Assembly: GCA_964366435.1 (NCBI GenBank)
Contig: CAYITJ010000006.1
Coordinates: 1 to 38,439 of the forward strand
Length of the DNA stretch: 38,439 nucleotides
Source of the DNA: an uncultured Candidatus Saccharibacteria bacterium
Lineage (GTDB): Bacteria; Patescibacteriota; Minisyncoccia; Phycocordibacterales; Phycocordibacteraceae
Direction: 5' to 3'
The position numbers were made by a program, and so were the translations under genes. The notes under the pieces were generated by a model. That model was not told the origin of the DNA and made no database searches. It saw only the letters and a program-made list of their open reading frames with translations. Shown here piece after piece: positions 19,180 to 26,057 of this stretch (position 1 is its first letter; every line of letters starts with the position of its first letter).

Positions 19180-19377
19180 ATGATTAGATTCATCATTGTG
19201 CTTGCCATTGGGGTACTCGTACTTTCCTACCTTGGCATTTCTATTCGCTCCATCGTAGAGAGCCCGTACGGCCAGGACAATTTCTCCTTCCTCTGGGACC
19301 TCATTTCAAACGGCTGGAACATTGTCGTGGCGTGGGTTACGGGCTTCGCCGAGAATGTAATGAACACCGTCTCCTAA
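19180..19377 (+). CDS. Small membrane protein (65 aa)
   Basis: MIRFIIVLAIGVLVLSYLGISIRSIVES.. with a hydrophobic N-terminus. Confidence 0.7.
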   Translation: MIRFIIVLAIGVLVLSYLGISIRSIVESPYGQDNFSFLWDLISNGWNIVVAWVTGFAENVMNTVS

Positions 19378-19391
19378 CCGTCTACATTTCT

Positions 19392-19649
19392 ATGAACCCT
19401 GAGCAACCAAAACAAATTGAAATTGCCATCGGTCCTGATGCGCGCCCGGCCTTTACCAACGCCACCCAGGTAACCGTCTCCGACGACTCGGTAGTTATCC
19501 AGTTTGCATACATGCGCCCGAGCTCTCCTATGGGCCAACTGGTGAGCGAGGTGGTCCTTTCTCCAAAGCACGCAATCGACTTTAGTCGCGCGCTAGACGC
19601 TACCATCAAGCAACATTTCACCCGACACCTCGAAGGATTGGACAAATAG
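19392..19649 (+). CDS. DUF3467-like protein
   Basis: PAFTNATQV..DSVVIQFA..LVSEVVLSPKHAIDF pattern recalled for DUF3467. Confidence 0.7.
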   Translation: MNPEQPKQIEIAIGPDARPAFTNATQVTVSDDSVVIQFAYMRPSSPMGQLVSEVVLSPKHAIDFSRALDATIKQHFTRHLEGLDK

Positions 19650-19671
19650 TCCCGTACGGGTCTATGCTGAG

Positions 19672-20002
19672 CGTGTGCGGATCTTTGTCGCACGATTTGT
19701 ACCGGAGGCTACGATGCTTTCTCGCAAGCACCAGATTGACCTGGTTCGTTCGGTCACCCTGGGGACTACGGCCAATCCGGAGTGTGATTGGAAGGAAGAC
19801 GGCCACACGAAGCGGCCCCCTGACGACGGGTAGTTTAGACTCCAGCATCGGCAGCACATCCTCGTTCTGCCGCTACTAGACTCTGAGCAACTCGGTCTAC
19901 GGACCTTGAGCGAAAGCTCTCAGTCACACACACCGTCCTTGGCCTCGTAAGAAGGACTCGGCCACTACCGACTTTGGACTCCCCCGGGAGTCCAAATTTT
20001 TT
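19672..20002 (+). ncRNA. Unassigned ~330-nt structured RNA candidate
   Basis: Upstream TGGACA-18-TATGCT; at least nine hairpins including GAGC-GAAA-GCTC; 3' H-type pseudoknot; strong terminator; no credible ORF. Confidence 0.6.
19973..20002 (+). terminator. Intrinsic terminator
   Basis: TTTGGACTCC-CCCG-GGAGTCCAAA-TTTTTT. Confidence 0.85.
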
Positions 20003-20177
20003 GTATCGGGGGAGTGGCTCAGAATTCCTTTTCTGAAGAATCTTGCCAGGCACGTGTACAGGGGACAGACATCCTCGCCCACGTACACGCACCTCTACGG
20101 ATGCAAGGATAGTGCAAGGGAAGTACCAGACCCAAATCAGCTCAAGGCGCCACAGCGCCTATATACTATGTAGAATT

Positions 20178-20205
20178 AGTGCGTAAAAGATATATTGTGC
20201 GCACA
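20178..20205. other. dif-like Xer recombination site (candidate)
   Basis: AGTGCGTAAAA-GATATA-TTGTGCGCACA, an 11-6-11 layout with both arms resembling the E. coli XerC arm GGTGCGCATAA. Confidence 0.5.
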
Positions 20206-20524
20206 TTAAGTGAAGAACTCCCCTGGAGCAAATTTAATTTGAACCGACCCTAGTCGCTGATCACCACCCTCCTCTTCCCTCTCTATGGGTGGCCAAAATA
20301 TTTCTGGATCTCTATGCGCACTCAAACTTCCCTCCAGCAATCTTAAAAGTCGTAAAATGGACCACTTCCCCGATTCTCCAAAAATGCGCTAGGGAAGTCC
20401 TAAATCGCATAATTGACCACTTCCCCATTGACTGGTTTTTTTGTCAGATTGAGTGTAAAGATGCATTGCATACGCACGATGCAATCTGGTATCCATAGAG
20501 CTTCCCGGAAATAAGGATACGACG

Positions 20525-20749
20525 ATGGCCGACGACTCGCCTTTCGACCCTGAAAAACTGTTCGACATCAGTGACCTGCCCGAGGATATGCAACGCATCA
20601 TCAGGGAGCAGATGGCGATGACGGACGAAGAAGTCCAGGAATATCTGGTTGAGCACGGCCTGGAATATCTGGTGACCCCCGAACGCGTTGACAAAGCCCT
20701 GCGAGACGCCATGGCTGTTGTCGAAGCGCGCCGGCGTAAGCTGAACTGA
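20525..20749 (+). CDS. Small acidic hypothetical protein (74 aa)
   Basis: SD AAGGA, GC3-rich codons, terminator hairpin at 20778-20812. Confidence 0.75.
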   Translation: MADDSPFDPEKLFDISDLPEDMQRIIREQMAMTDEEVQEYLVEHGLEYLVTPERVDKALRDAMAVVEARRRKLN

Positions 20750-20956
20750 ACCAAGTTTCGGAATCTCCCGGAAAGGTGCCCACCCGAGTCAAACGACGGA
20801 GGTGGGCATTTTCATATGCATTCTCCTACCCTGCTGATGTGTGATACATTCCACTTGTAGATATGGACATCGTAAGTCCATATATGGATGGAACCAGGTA
20901 CTTTGTAGTTTCTCTAGCGAAGTCCAGAATGAGATAGTTAGCCACTTCCCCATTAC

Positions 20957-20984
20957 TTGACTTCATGGGTTTTCGGCGTATAAA
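20957..20984 (+). promoter_or_regulatory. Putative sigma70 promoter
   Basis: TTGACT-16nt-TATAAA upstream of the ORF at 21031. Confidence 0.55.
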
Positions 20985-21030
20985 TCTCGTAGGCGCACAT
21001 CCGTTCGCCAGCAGCACAGGAATGCCCGAA

Positions 21031-21231
21031 ATGTCGAACTCCAACAACCGTGGCAGCAGTGTCACCAACTGGGTGATTGCCTTCCTTCTCGCCGCCCTGA
21101 TCATCATCGTCCTGGCGGGTGTCCTGGGCGGCGGCAGGACCGAGGCCCCGCCCAACGCGCCGGCTGCCGCCGAGTCGCGCGACGGCGCTGGCCCTCCGGC
21201 CACCTCCCGCAACGGCAATGAGCCGGGCTAG
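21031..21231 (+). CDS. Small single-TM protein with a Pro/Ala-rich tail (66 aa)
   Basis: SD AGGA 9 nt upstream; TM segment WVIAFLLAALIIIVLAGVL; very GC3-rich codons. Confidence 0.7.
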   Translation: MSNSNNRGSSVTNWVIAFLLAALIIIVLAGVLGGGRTEAPPNAPAAAESRDGAGPPATSRNGNEPG

Positions 21232-21266
21232 TTCCAGCCCAATCCGCGTCTGTATGACGCACCCTG

Positions 21267-21301
21267 GTGCCCGCCCCCGACTTTGTTGGGGCGGGCACTT
21301 T
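21267..21301 (+). terminator. Terminator between convergent genes
   Basis: GTGCCCGCCCC..GGGGCGGGCAC-TTT. Confidence 0.75.
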
Positions 21302-21305
21302 CCTT

Positions 21306-21539
21306 TTATATGGTCGTATCCTCTGGTATTGGCTCTGGCTCCTGAATTTTGCGGAAGATGTAGCGCAGCACCGGCTGCGCACCACTCCCTGTTTCCATTT
21401 TCTCACCACCGGCGTGCCAGGGGTCTGCGGAGAGCTCCCACCCTTTGTCGCGGTACATCACCGTCTCTTCCTCAGTCAGAGGTTGTGACGCGTAGCGCTC
21501 CAAGATAAGCCCGAAGCCGTCTTCGGTAATAGTTTCCAT
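21306..21539 (-). CDS. Small hypothetical protein, DUF4177-like
   Basis: KGWEL..RYIFRK pattern; CATACT lies 6 nt before ATG 21539. Confidence 0.55.
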   Translation of the reverse strand: METITEDGFGLILERYASQPLTEEETVMYRDKGWELSADPWHAGGEKMETGSGAQPVLRYIFRKIQEPEPIPEDTTI

Positions 21540-21588
21540 AGTGACAGTATGCACTCCCCCACCCTTTCTCGCACCTGACACTACCGCG

Positions 21589-22356
21589 CTAGCAAGAAAC
21601 GTTCTTGGTGATGTACTCGTACGCTTCGTCTACCGAGTCCACAATGTGGAAGAGCTCCATATCCTCAGCATCAATGGCGTGGTACTTCATGAGCAAGTGG
21701 TCGCGGAACAAGTTCACAATCGGAGTCCAGTACTCTTTACTATAGAGCACAATAGGCACGCGCTTAATCTTCTTTGTTTGAATGAGCGTGAGAATTTCGC
21801 TGAATTCATCAATAGTGCCAAATCCTCCCGGGAAGCAAATGTACACTTCGGAGGCAAACGCGAGCATCACTTTGCGCACAAAGAAATGGTCAAAGGTCGT
21901 AGACTCGGTCACATACTTATTCCCTGCCTGCTCGTGTGGCAAACGAATGTTCAAACCGATGGAAGCGCCGCCCGCTTCGTATGCGCCGCGGTTTGCTGCC
22001 TCCATAAGGCCACTACTACCTCCGGTGATGACGGCGTAGCCTGCCTTTGCCAGACGTCCAGAAAGCGCCGTTGCATCTGTGTACACATTTTCTGGCAGTG
22101 TGTCGCGCGCGGTTCCAAAGAACGTAATAGCAAGTCCATAGCGACGAATAGCCTCAAACCCGTCCACGAACTCGGCCATAATTTTAAACACTCTCCAGCT
22201 CTCAAGCTTCTGTGGCTTACACACCAGTGGCTCTGGGTTCTCAGGAACATCAGTCTTCCCTTCTTCTATAGCGCGTGCGAGTGTTGCGCCCAATTGTGCG
22301 TGTCGCTCCTTCGTAGAAAGTTTAGAGGAGTTGGTCGGTATTACGTCGTCAGCCAT
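21589..22356 (-). CDS. LOG family (TIGR00730) Rossmann-fold nucleotide-binding protein
   Basis: ITFFGTAR, TGGSSGLMEAANRGA, FFVRKVM, FPGGFGTIDE. Confidence 0.92.
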   Translation of the reverse strand: MADDVIPTNSSKLSTKERHAQLGATLARAIEEGKTDVPENPEPLVCKPQKLESWRVFKIMAEFVDGFEAIRRYGLAITFFGTARDTLPENVYTDATALSGRLAKAGYAVITGGSSGLMEAANRGAYEAGGASIGLNIRLPHEQAGNKYVTESTTFDHFFVRKVMLAFASEVYICFPGGFGTIDEFSEILTLIQTKKIKRVPIVLYSKEYWTPIVNLFRDHLLMKYHAIDAEDMELFHIVDSVDEAYEYITKNVSC

Positions 22357-22937
22357 GGTATGTCAAAGGATGTGAATTCAGGTAATGCTTTCTTAGTATA
22401 CGCGATACGCGAGATAACTTCTGCATGACACAGCGCTCCCGTGAGTGCATTGTGTGGACGCGGTTCTTCAGGAATGCCGCAATAGCGAAGTGCGAAGTCT
22501 AGATTAATAGACGAGCGGTGCTTGTCGGTGGGCACTGGTACGCCATGCATCGTCATGTGTGCCCAGACAAGCGTGTGCACATCTATGGTGCGCTTACCAA
22601 ATGGACACTCAATGCCCGCGCGCTCGCAGGCAGCCTGCACAAACTCTAAATCGTATGACGGGTTCTGCGCCGCAAGGGTGCGATACACAGGGCGGTCTGT
22701 CGCCCATGCCACAAACCCTGCAATAAGTTCCGCCTCACTCTTGCGCGAAGGGTCGGTTATTTCCTCACGAGTGAATCCATTGATAGCGAGCGCCTCGTCT
22801 TCAATCACGGCTCCGTCCCACACACGGCACTCGTCATAGAACTGATTAGTCGGCTCATCCAAATCGACAGCACCAATCGACAGTATGGAATTCTTGGTTG
22901 CGATGAGGCCACTGCCCTCTACATCTAAAACAATCAT
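22341..22937 (-). CDS. DEDDh 3'-5' exonuclease
   Basis: LDVEGSGL (ExoI), QNPSYDL (ExoII), HNALTGA (ExoIII, with Gly at the usual Asp position). Confidence 0.85.
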   Translation of the reverse strand: MIVLDVEGSGLIATKNSILSIGAVDLDEPTNQFYDECRVWDGAVIEDEALAINGFTREEITDPSRKSEAELIAGFVAWATDRPVYRTLAAQNPSYDLEFVQAACERAGIECPFGKRTIDVHTLVWAHMTMHGVPVPTDKHRSSINLDFALRYCGIPEEPRPHNALTGALCHAEVISRIAYTKKALPEFTSFDIPWLTT

Positions 22938-22955
22938 TCCCTCTATTCTACCGCA

Positions 22956-23378
22956 TCACAAACCAGGACAGTTTGATGCGGGCGTCAGCCCCGCCGCCTC
23001 GGCGTCTGCCTTAGTCGCATACCACACCTTATTCTCCTCCTTTATCCGCCCTACCCCACTACAGGTGGGCAGGTAATACTTCGTACCGCTCTTAGACGCC
23101 ACGTATCCTTGACCTGGCACCCCCAGAATGGGAGCTATGGCCGCTGCGGGCAGTGCTCCAGGCGCCATCCGCTCCCCTTTCTGGTCCAGTATCTGAAGAC
23201 CCTCTTGCTTGCCCGTAACGGGCACTAAGTGACCAGGAGCAGTCATATCCCGCCCAGCCAGGACCCCAAGCCCAAAGGAGGCCGTGGAGGATAGCACCAA
23301 AATGAGCACAATAGCCGTGTGAGGAGGCAAAAGGGCCAGTTTGGCCTTGCCCCACTCCCCTATATCTGCTATATTCAT
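22956..23378 (-). CDS. Membrane-anchored protein with a C-terminal Ada-like metal-binding domain
   Basis: TM segment; YVASKSGTKYYLPTC..IKEENKVWY..AEAAGLTPASNC. Confidence 0.75.
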   Translation of the reverse strand: MNIADIGEWGKAKLALLPPHTAIVLILVLSSTASFGLGVLAGRDMTAPGHLVPVTGKQEGLQILDQKGERMAPGALPAAAIAPILGVPGQGYVASKSGTKYYLPTCSGVGRIKEENKVWYATKADAEAAGLTPASNCPGL

Positions 23379-23390
23379 AACACCTAAATT

Positions 23391-23672
23391 ATGGCACATA
23401 CAAAAGCAGGAGGTTCGTCAAAGAACGGCCGAGACTCAAACCCTAAATACCTTGGAATCAAGCTTGGTGACGGCCAGGCTGCTCGTCCAGGCATGGTTAT
23501 CGTGCGCCAGCGCGGCACCAAGATTGAGGCTGGTCACAACGTAAAGGTTGGCCACGACCACACCCTCTACTCTATGATTACCGGCAAGGTTCTCTACCGC
23601 GATCGTCGCAAGACTAACTTCGACGGAAAAGTAGTCCGCAAGAAGGTAGTAGACGTCCTCGCAGCCGCTTAA
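23391..23672 (+). CDS. rpmA: 50S ribosomal protein L27
   Basis: [24 protein letters not shown]. Confidence 0.98.
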   Translation: MAHTKAGGSSKNGRDSNPKYLGIKLGDGQAARPGMVIVRQRGTKIEAGHNVKVGHDHTLYSMITGKVLYRDRRKTNFDGKVVRKKVVDVLAAA

Positions 23673-23713
23673 ATACAAGCTTCTGTGCCACTCAAGAGCC
23701 CCGTTTGGGGCTC

Positions 23714-23742
23714 TTGACATTTGCTTGTTGTGTTGTTATTAT
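23714..23742 (+). promoter_or_regulatory. Near-consensus sigma70 promoter overlapping the rpmA terminator hairpin (23692-23717)
   Basis: TTGACA-17nt-TATTAT with TG extension. Confidence 0.75.
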
Positions 23743-23830
23743 TCGTCCCGTGGTCTGGAGTGCGCATGACGCGCCTCCGCAGGACCAAATGTTCCAAACC
23801 CGTAGAAAGAAAATAGAAGGATACCGAGCA

Positions 23831-24658
23831 ATGTCCAAGTTCTGGATGATGATCCTCGCGATCATCGCCCTGGTCTGGGTCGGCGGCTACGCCACCGACG
23901 CCAGCGCCAAGACCAACGAGCAGATCCGCGACTGCGTGGACCAACGCTTCGCCATGGCGCCCTTCACGGGCACCCTGGCGCAGAAGGAAGAGCAAGCCCG
24001 TCAGCTCCCGGCCAACAAACCCTTCGGCAATCCCCAGATCACGCTGCCGCAAGGTGGCACCCTCTGGGGCTACTGCGAGACCCTGCCGGCCCCTGCGGCC
24101 GCGACCACCAAGGTCGCGAACCTCGGGGTCGCCGACGGCGCCCTGAAGCGCGAAGTCACCCGTCTCGAAGGCCTGGCCTACGAGACCATCAACGCGCGCG
24201 ACCGCAACGGCTTCATTGCGGACGGCAATACCTGGCAGGGCCACGCCGCGACCCTGAAGGGTGAGCTCGACACCGCCAACGACAAGGTGGACTCGACGTT
24301 CCTCATCGCGCTCTGCCTCGGCCTGCTCGCCGTGTTTCTGGGCATCTGTCTCGTTCTTCTGGGGCGTGCGCTCATCAGCAACAAGGCCTCGCTGAAGAAG
24401 GCCAGGACCGCCCTGGAGAACTCCGAGTTCAACTTGGAGATCCTGCGCGGCAAGATGGCGTCGACCCAACCCGAAGTCCCCACGCCGCCCTCGGGCGACG
24501 CGAACCTGGACGCTCCGACGGCTCCGGAAGCTGCTTCGGCCCCGGAAGCCACGCCGGAGCCGGTCGCGGAAGCTCCGGCTCCCGCGACCGAAACGGCTCC
24601 TGAAGCTCCGACGCCCCAGCCGGAAGTTCCGGAATTCCTGGAGCGCCTCAAGAAGTAG
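23831..24658 (+). CDS. Exported/membrane protein with coiled coil, TM segment and Pro/Ala/Glu-rich tail
   Basis: SD AAGGA; signal peptide MSKFWMMILAII..ASA; TM FLIALCLGLLAVFLGICLVLL; APEA repeats; GC3-rich codons. Confidence 0.8.
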   Translation: MSKFWMMILAIIALVWVGGYATDASAKTNEQIRDCVDQRFAMAPFTGTLAQKEEQARQLPANKPFGNPQITLPQGGTLWGYCETLPAPAAATTKVANLGVADGALKREVTRLEGLAYETINARDRNGFIADGNTWQGHAATLKGELDTANDKVDSTFLIALCLGLLAVFLGICLVLLGRALISNKASLKKARTALENSEFNLEILRGKMASTQPEVPTPPSGDANLDAPTAPEAASAPEATPEPVAEAPAPATETAPEAPTPQPEVPEFLERLKK

Positions 24659-24828
24659 GTCCTCACCGACCAAACTTCTACTTCTACAAGCACCTTCGCT
24701 TCTGACCTGCATATGTAGCGCCCGCACCTCAATCGGATTGAGGGCTCCCCGCAAGGGTTGAGCGTAGAGGCTGCTCTGCACGTCACGCAGGACTTCGGTC
24801 CTGTGCACACAAGCAAAACTTACGCAAA

Positions 24829-24856
24829 AAGGCGGCCCCATAAAGGCCGCCTTCTT
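24829..24856. terminator. Bidirectional terminator
   Basis: AAGGCGGCC..GGCCGCCTT between convergent genes. Confidence 0.7.
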
Positions 24857-24879
24857 CATTTCTATACACTCTCAATCTC

Positions 24880-25305
24880 CTACTCAGCCTCGATGAAAAT
24901 CACAATGCTGCCGAAGTTTGGTCCCATTGCAACAGGCACTGCAAATTCTCCTAAGTCCTTAATCGGCTTCTCAAGCTTGATAGCCTCTACTGGAAGGTCG
25001 GTAGCAGCCGCAATCTCAGCAGCGTCTACCCCGTCGTACAGGTGACCCTGCTCGTTTGCCTTCTTTACGATAGTAATCTTGCCCTCAGCAAGTGCGTTCA
25101 AGCGGCTCTCGATAAGCTTCACATCGAGCTCCTTACGGTCCTGATACTGCTTTGCGCGACTCTCGGCAATCTTAATGTTTGCAGGAGTTGCAACCACTGC
25201 AAGACCACGAGGAATAAGCATGTTCTGTGCGTGACCGTCCGAGCACTCAATAACCGCCCCGGCCCGGCCCGTGTTCTTCACGTCTTTTAGTAGTACGACT
25301 TTCAT
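24880..25305 (-). CDS. rplI: 50S ribosomal protein L9
   Basis: MKVVLLKDVKNTGRAG..DGHAQNMLIPRGLA, GHLYDGV, PIKDLGEF. Confidence 0.96.
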   Translation of the reverse strand: MKVVLLKDVKNTGRAGAVIECSDGHAQNMLIPRGLAVVATPANIKIAESRAKQYQDRKELDVKLIESRLNALAEGKITIVKKANEQGHLYDGVDAAEIAAATDLPVEAIKLEKPIKDLGEFAVPVAMGPNFGSIVIFIEAE

Positions 25306-25349
25306 ATAGCCCTATCCTAGCGTTTATATACGTATTGCGCAACGCATAC

Positions 25350-25379
25350 TTGACAAAGCACCACTATGTGTGATACAGT
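25350..25379 (+). promoter_or_regulatory. Putative sigma70 promoter
   Basis: TTGACA-18nt-TACAGT with TG extension; SD GGGAG before ATG 25414. Confidence 0.65.
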
Positions 25380-25413
25380 GTTTGTGAAGTGCAATGCTCT
25401 ATGGGAGATAAAC

Positions 25414-25818
25414 ATGAGCGACCAAAAGCGTGAAAACCCCCTCATCGGCCTGCTCGTTGGATTCGGCCTCGGCGCCATCGCTGGTGGCATCGCCATGGGC
25501 GCGATCGGATCCAGCTCGGTTCCGAGTCCGTCCGAGGTTCAGGCCAAGCTGGACGCCGAGCGCACCGAGGCGTTCGTCGCCGGCCTCTGCCTCGACCGCA
25601 CGCCCTGTGAAGGGCGACTGCTGATCAAGGCGGTCGAGGCGCCGCTGCAAGGGGATCTCCGGATCACCATGAACCGGCTCTACTCCGTCCGGAGCGGAGA
25701 CCTGGCGATCGTACCGCCCGCCTGCACCAACGAGCGCGATGTGATGGGCAACTCCTGCAAGTTCGTTCCGGACAAGCCGGCGGTCACCGTCTACAACCCG
25801 GCGACCGCCGTCGAATAG
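25414..25818 (+). CDS. Hypothetical membrane-anchored protein with four Cys (134 aa)
   Basis: N-terminal Gly-rich TM segment; GC3-rich codons; own promoter and terminator. Confidence 0.75.
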   Translation: MSDQKRENPLIGLLVGFGLGAIAGGIAMGAIGSSSVPSPSEVQAKLDAERTEAFVAGLCLDRTPCEGRLLIKAVEAPLQGDLRITMNRLYSVRSGDLAIVPPACTNERDVMGNSCKFVPDKPAVTVYNPATAVE

Positions 25819-25842
25819 CATCGCCGGTAGCGCAACGTCGTG

Positions 25843-25879
25843 AAAGGGCGGACATCCAACGAGATGTCCGCCCTTTTTC
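25843..25879 (+). terminator. Intrinsic terminator
   Basis: AAAGGGCGGACATC..GATGTCCGCCCTTTTT. Confidence 0.85.
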
Positions 25880-25900
25880 TATTTTCACCCACAGAGCGAA

Positions 25901-26050
25901 TGTGCTAAATGATGCACTAAACCGAAAGCAGTCTGCACTGCACGGAGCCGAGAAGAAAAATGGATTTAGCGCAGCGCTCGTCTATTTCTCGCTGCGAGGC
26001 AACAATGCAGTGCGACGCCCTGGAGGACGGGCTGTGCATCATTTCGCACA
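25901..26050 (+). ncRNA. 150-nt irregular hairpin; 6S RNA candidate, alternatively a MITE/REP-like element
   Basis: Closing stem 25901-25917/26034-26050 (16/17 paired), central bubble, stem GCACTGCA/TGCAGTGC, interrupted apical stems. Confidence 0.4.
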
Positions 26051-26057
26051 CGAGCGA

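Noticed and set aside
19775-19805. GGAAGGAAG resembling SRP RNA helix 8
   Set aside because: It lacks the upstream CAGG..CC and downstream GCAGC needed for the SRP symmetric loop and GGAA-capped stem.
19672-20002. RNase P RNA as the identity of the large structured RNA
   Set aside because: No GAGGAAAGUCC or ACAGAA..CGGCUUA conserved regions on either strand, and the 5' and 3' ends do not pair.
19618-20092. Short ORFs overlapping the structured RNA
   Set aside because: Non-ATG starts without SD or -10 context and implausible composition. RNA structure explains the region better.
20149-20176. Alternative dif candidate GCCACAGCGCC-TATATA-CTATGTAGAAT
   Set aside because: The right arm is XerD-like, but the left arm matches neither a XerC consensus nor the right arm. 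The adjacent 20178-20205 site fits better. This one may be an accessory half-site.
21541-22428. 295-aa plus-strand ORF
   Set aside because: Antisense to the clearly recognisable LOG-family gene, with no motifs of its own.
23669-24859. 396-aa and 212-aa minus-strand ORFs
   Set aside because: Antisense shadows of the GC3-rich plus-strand gene, which has its own promoter, SD, signal peptide and TM segment.
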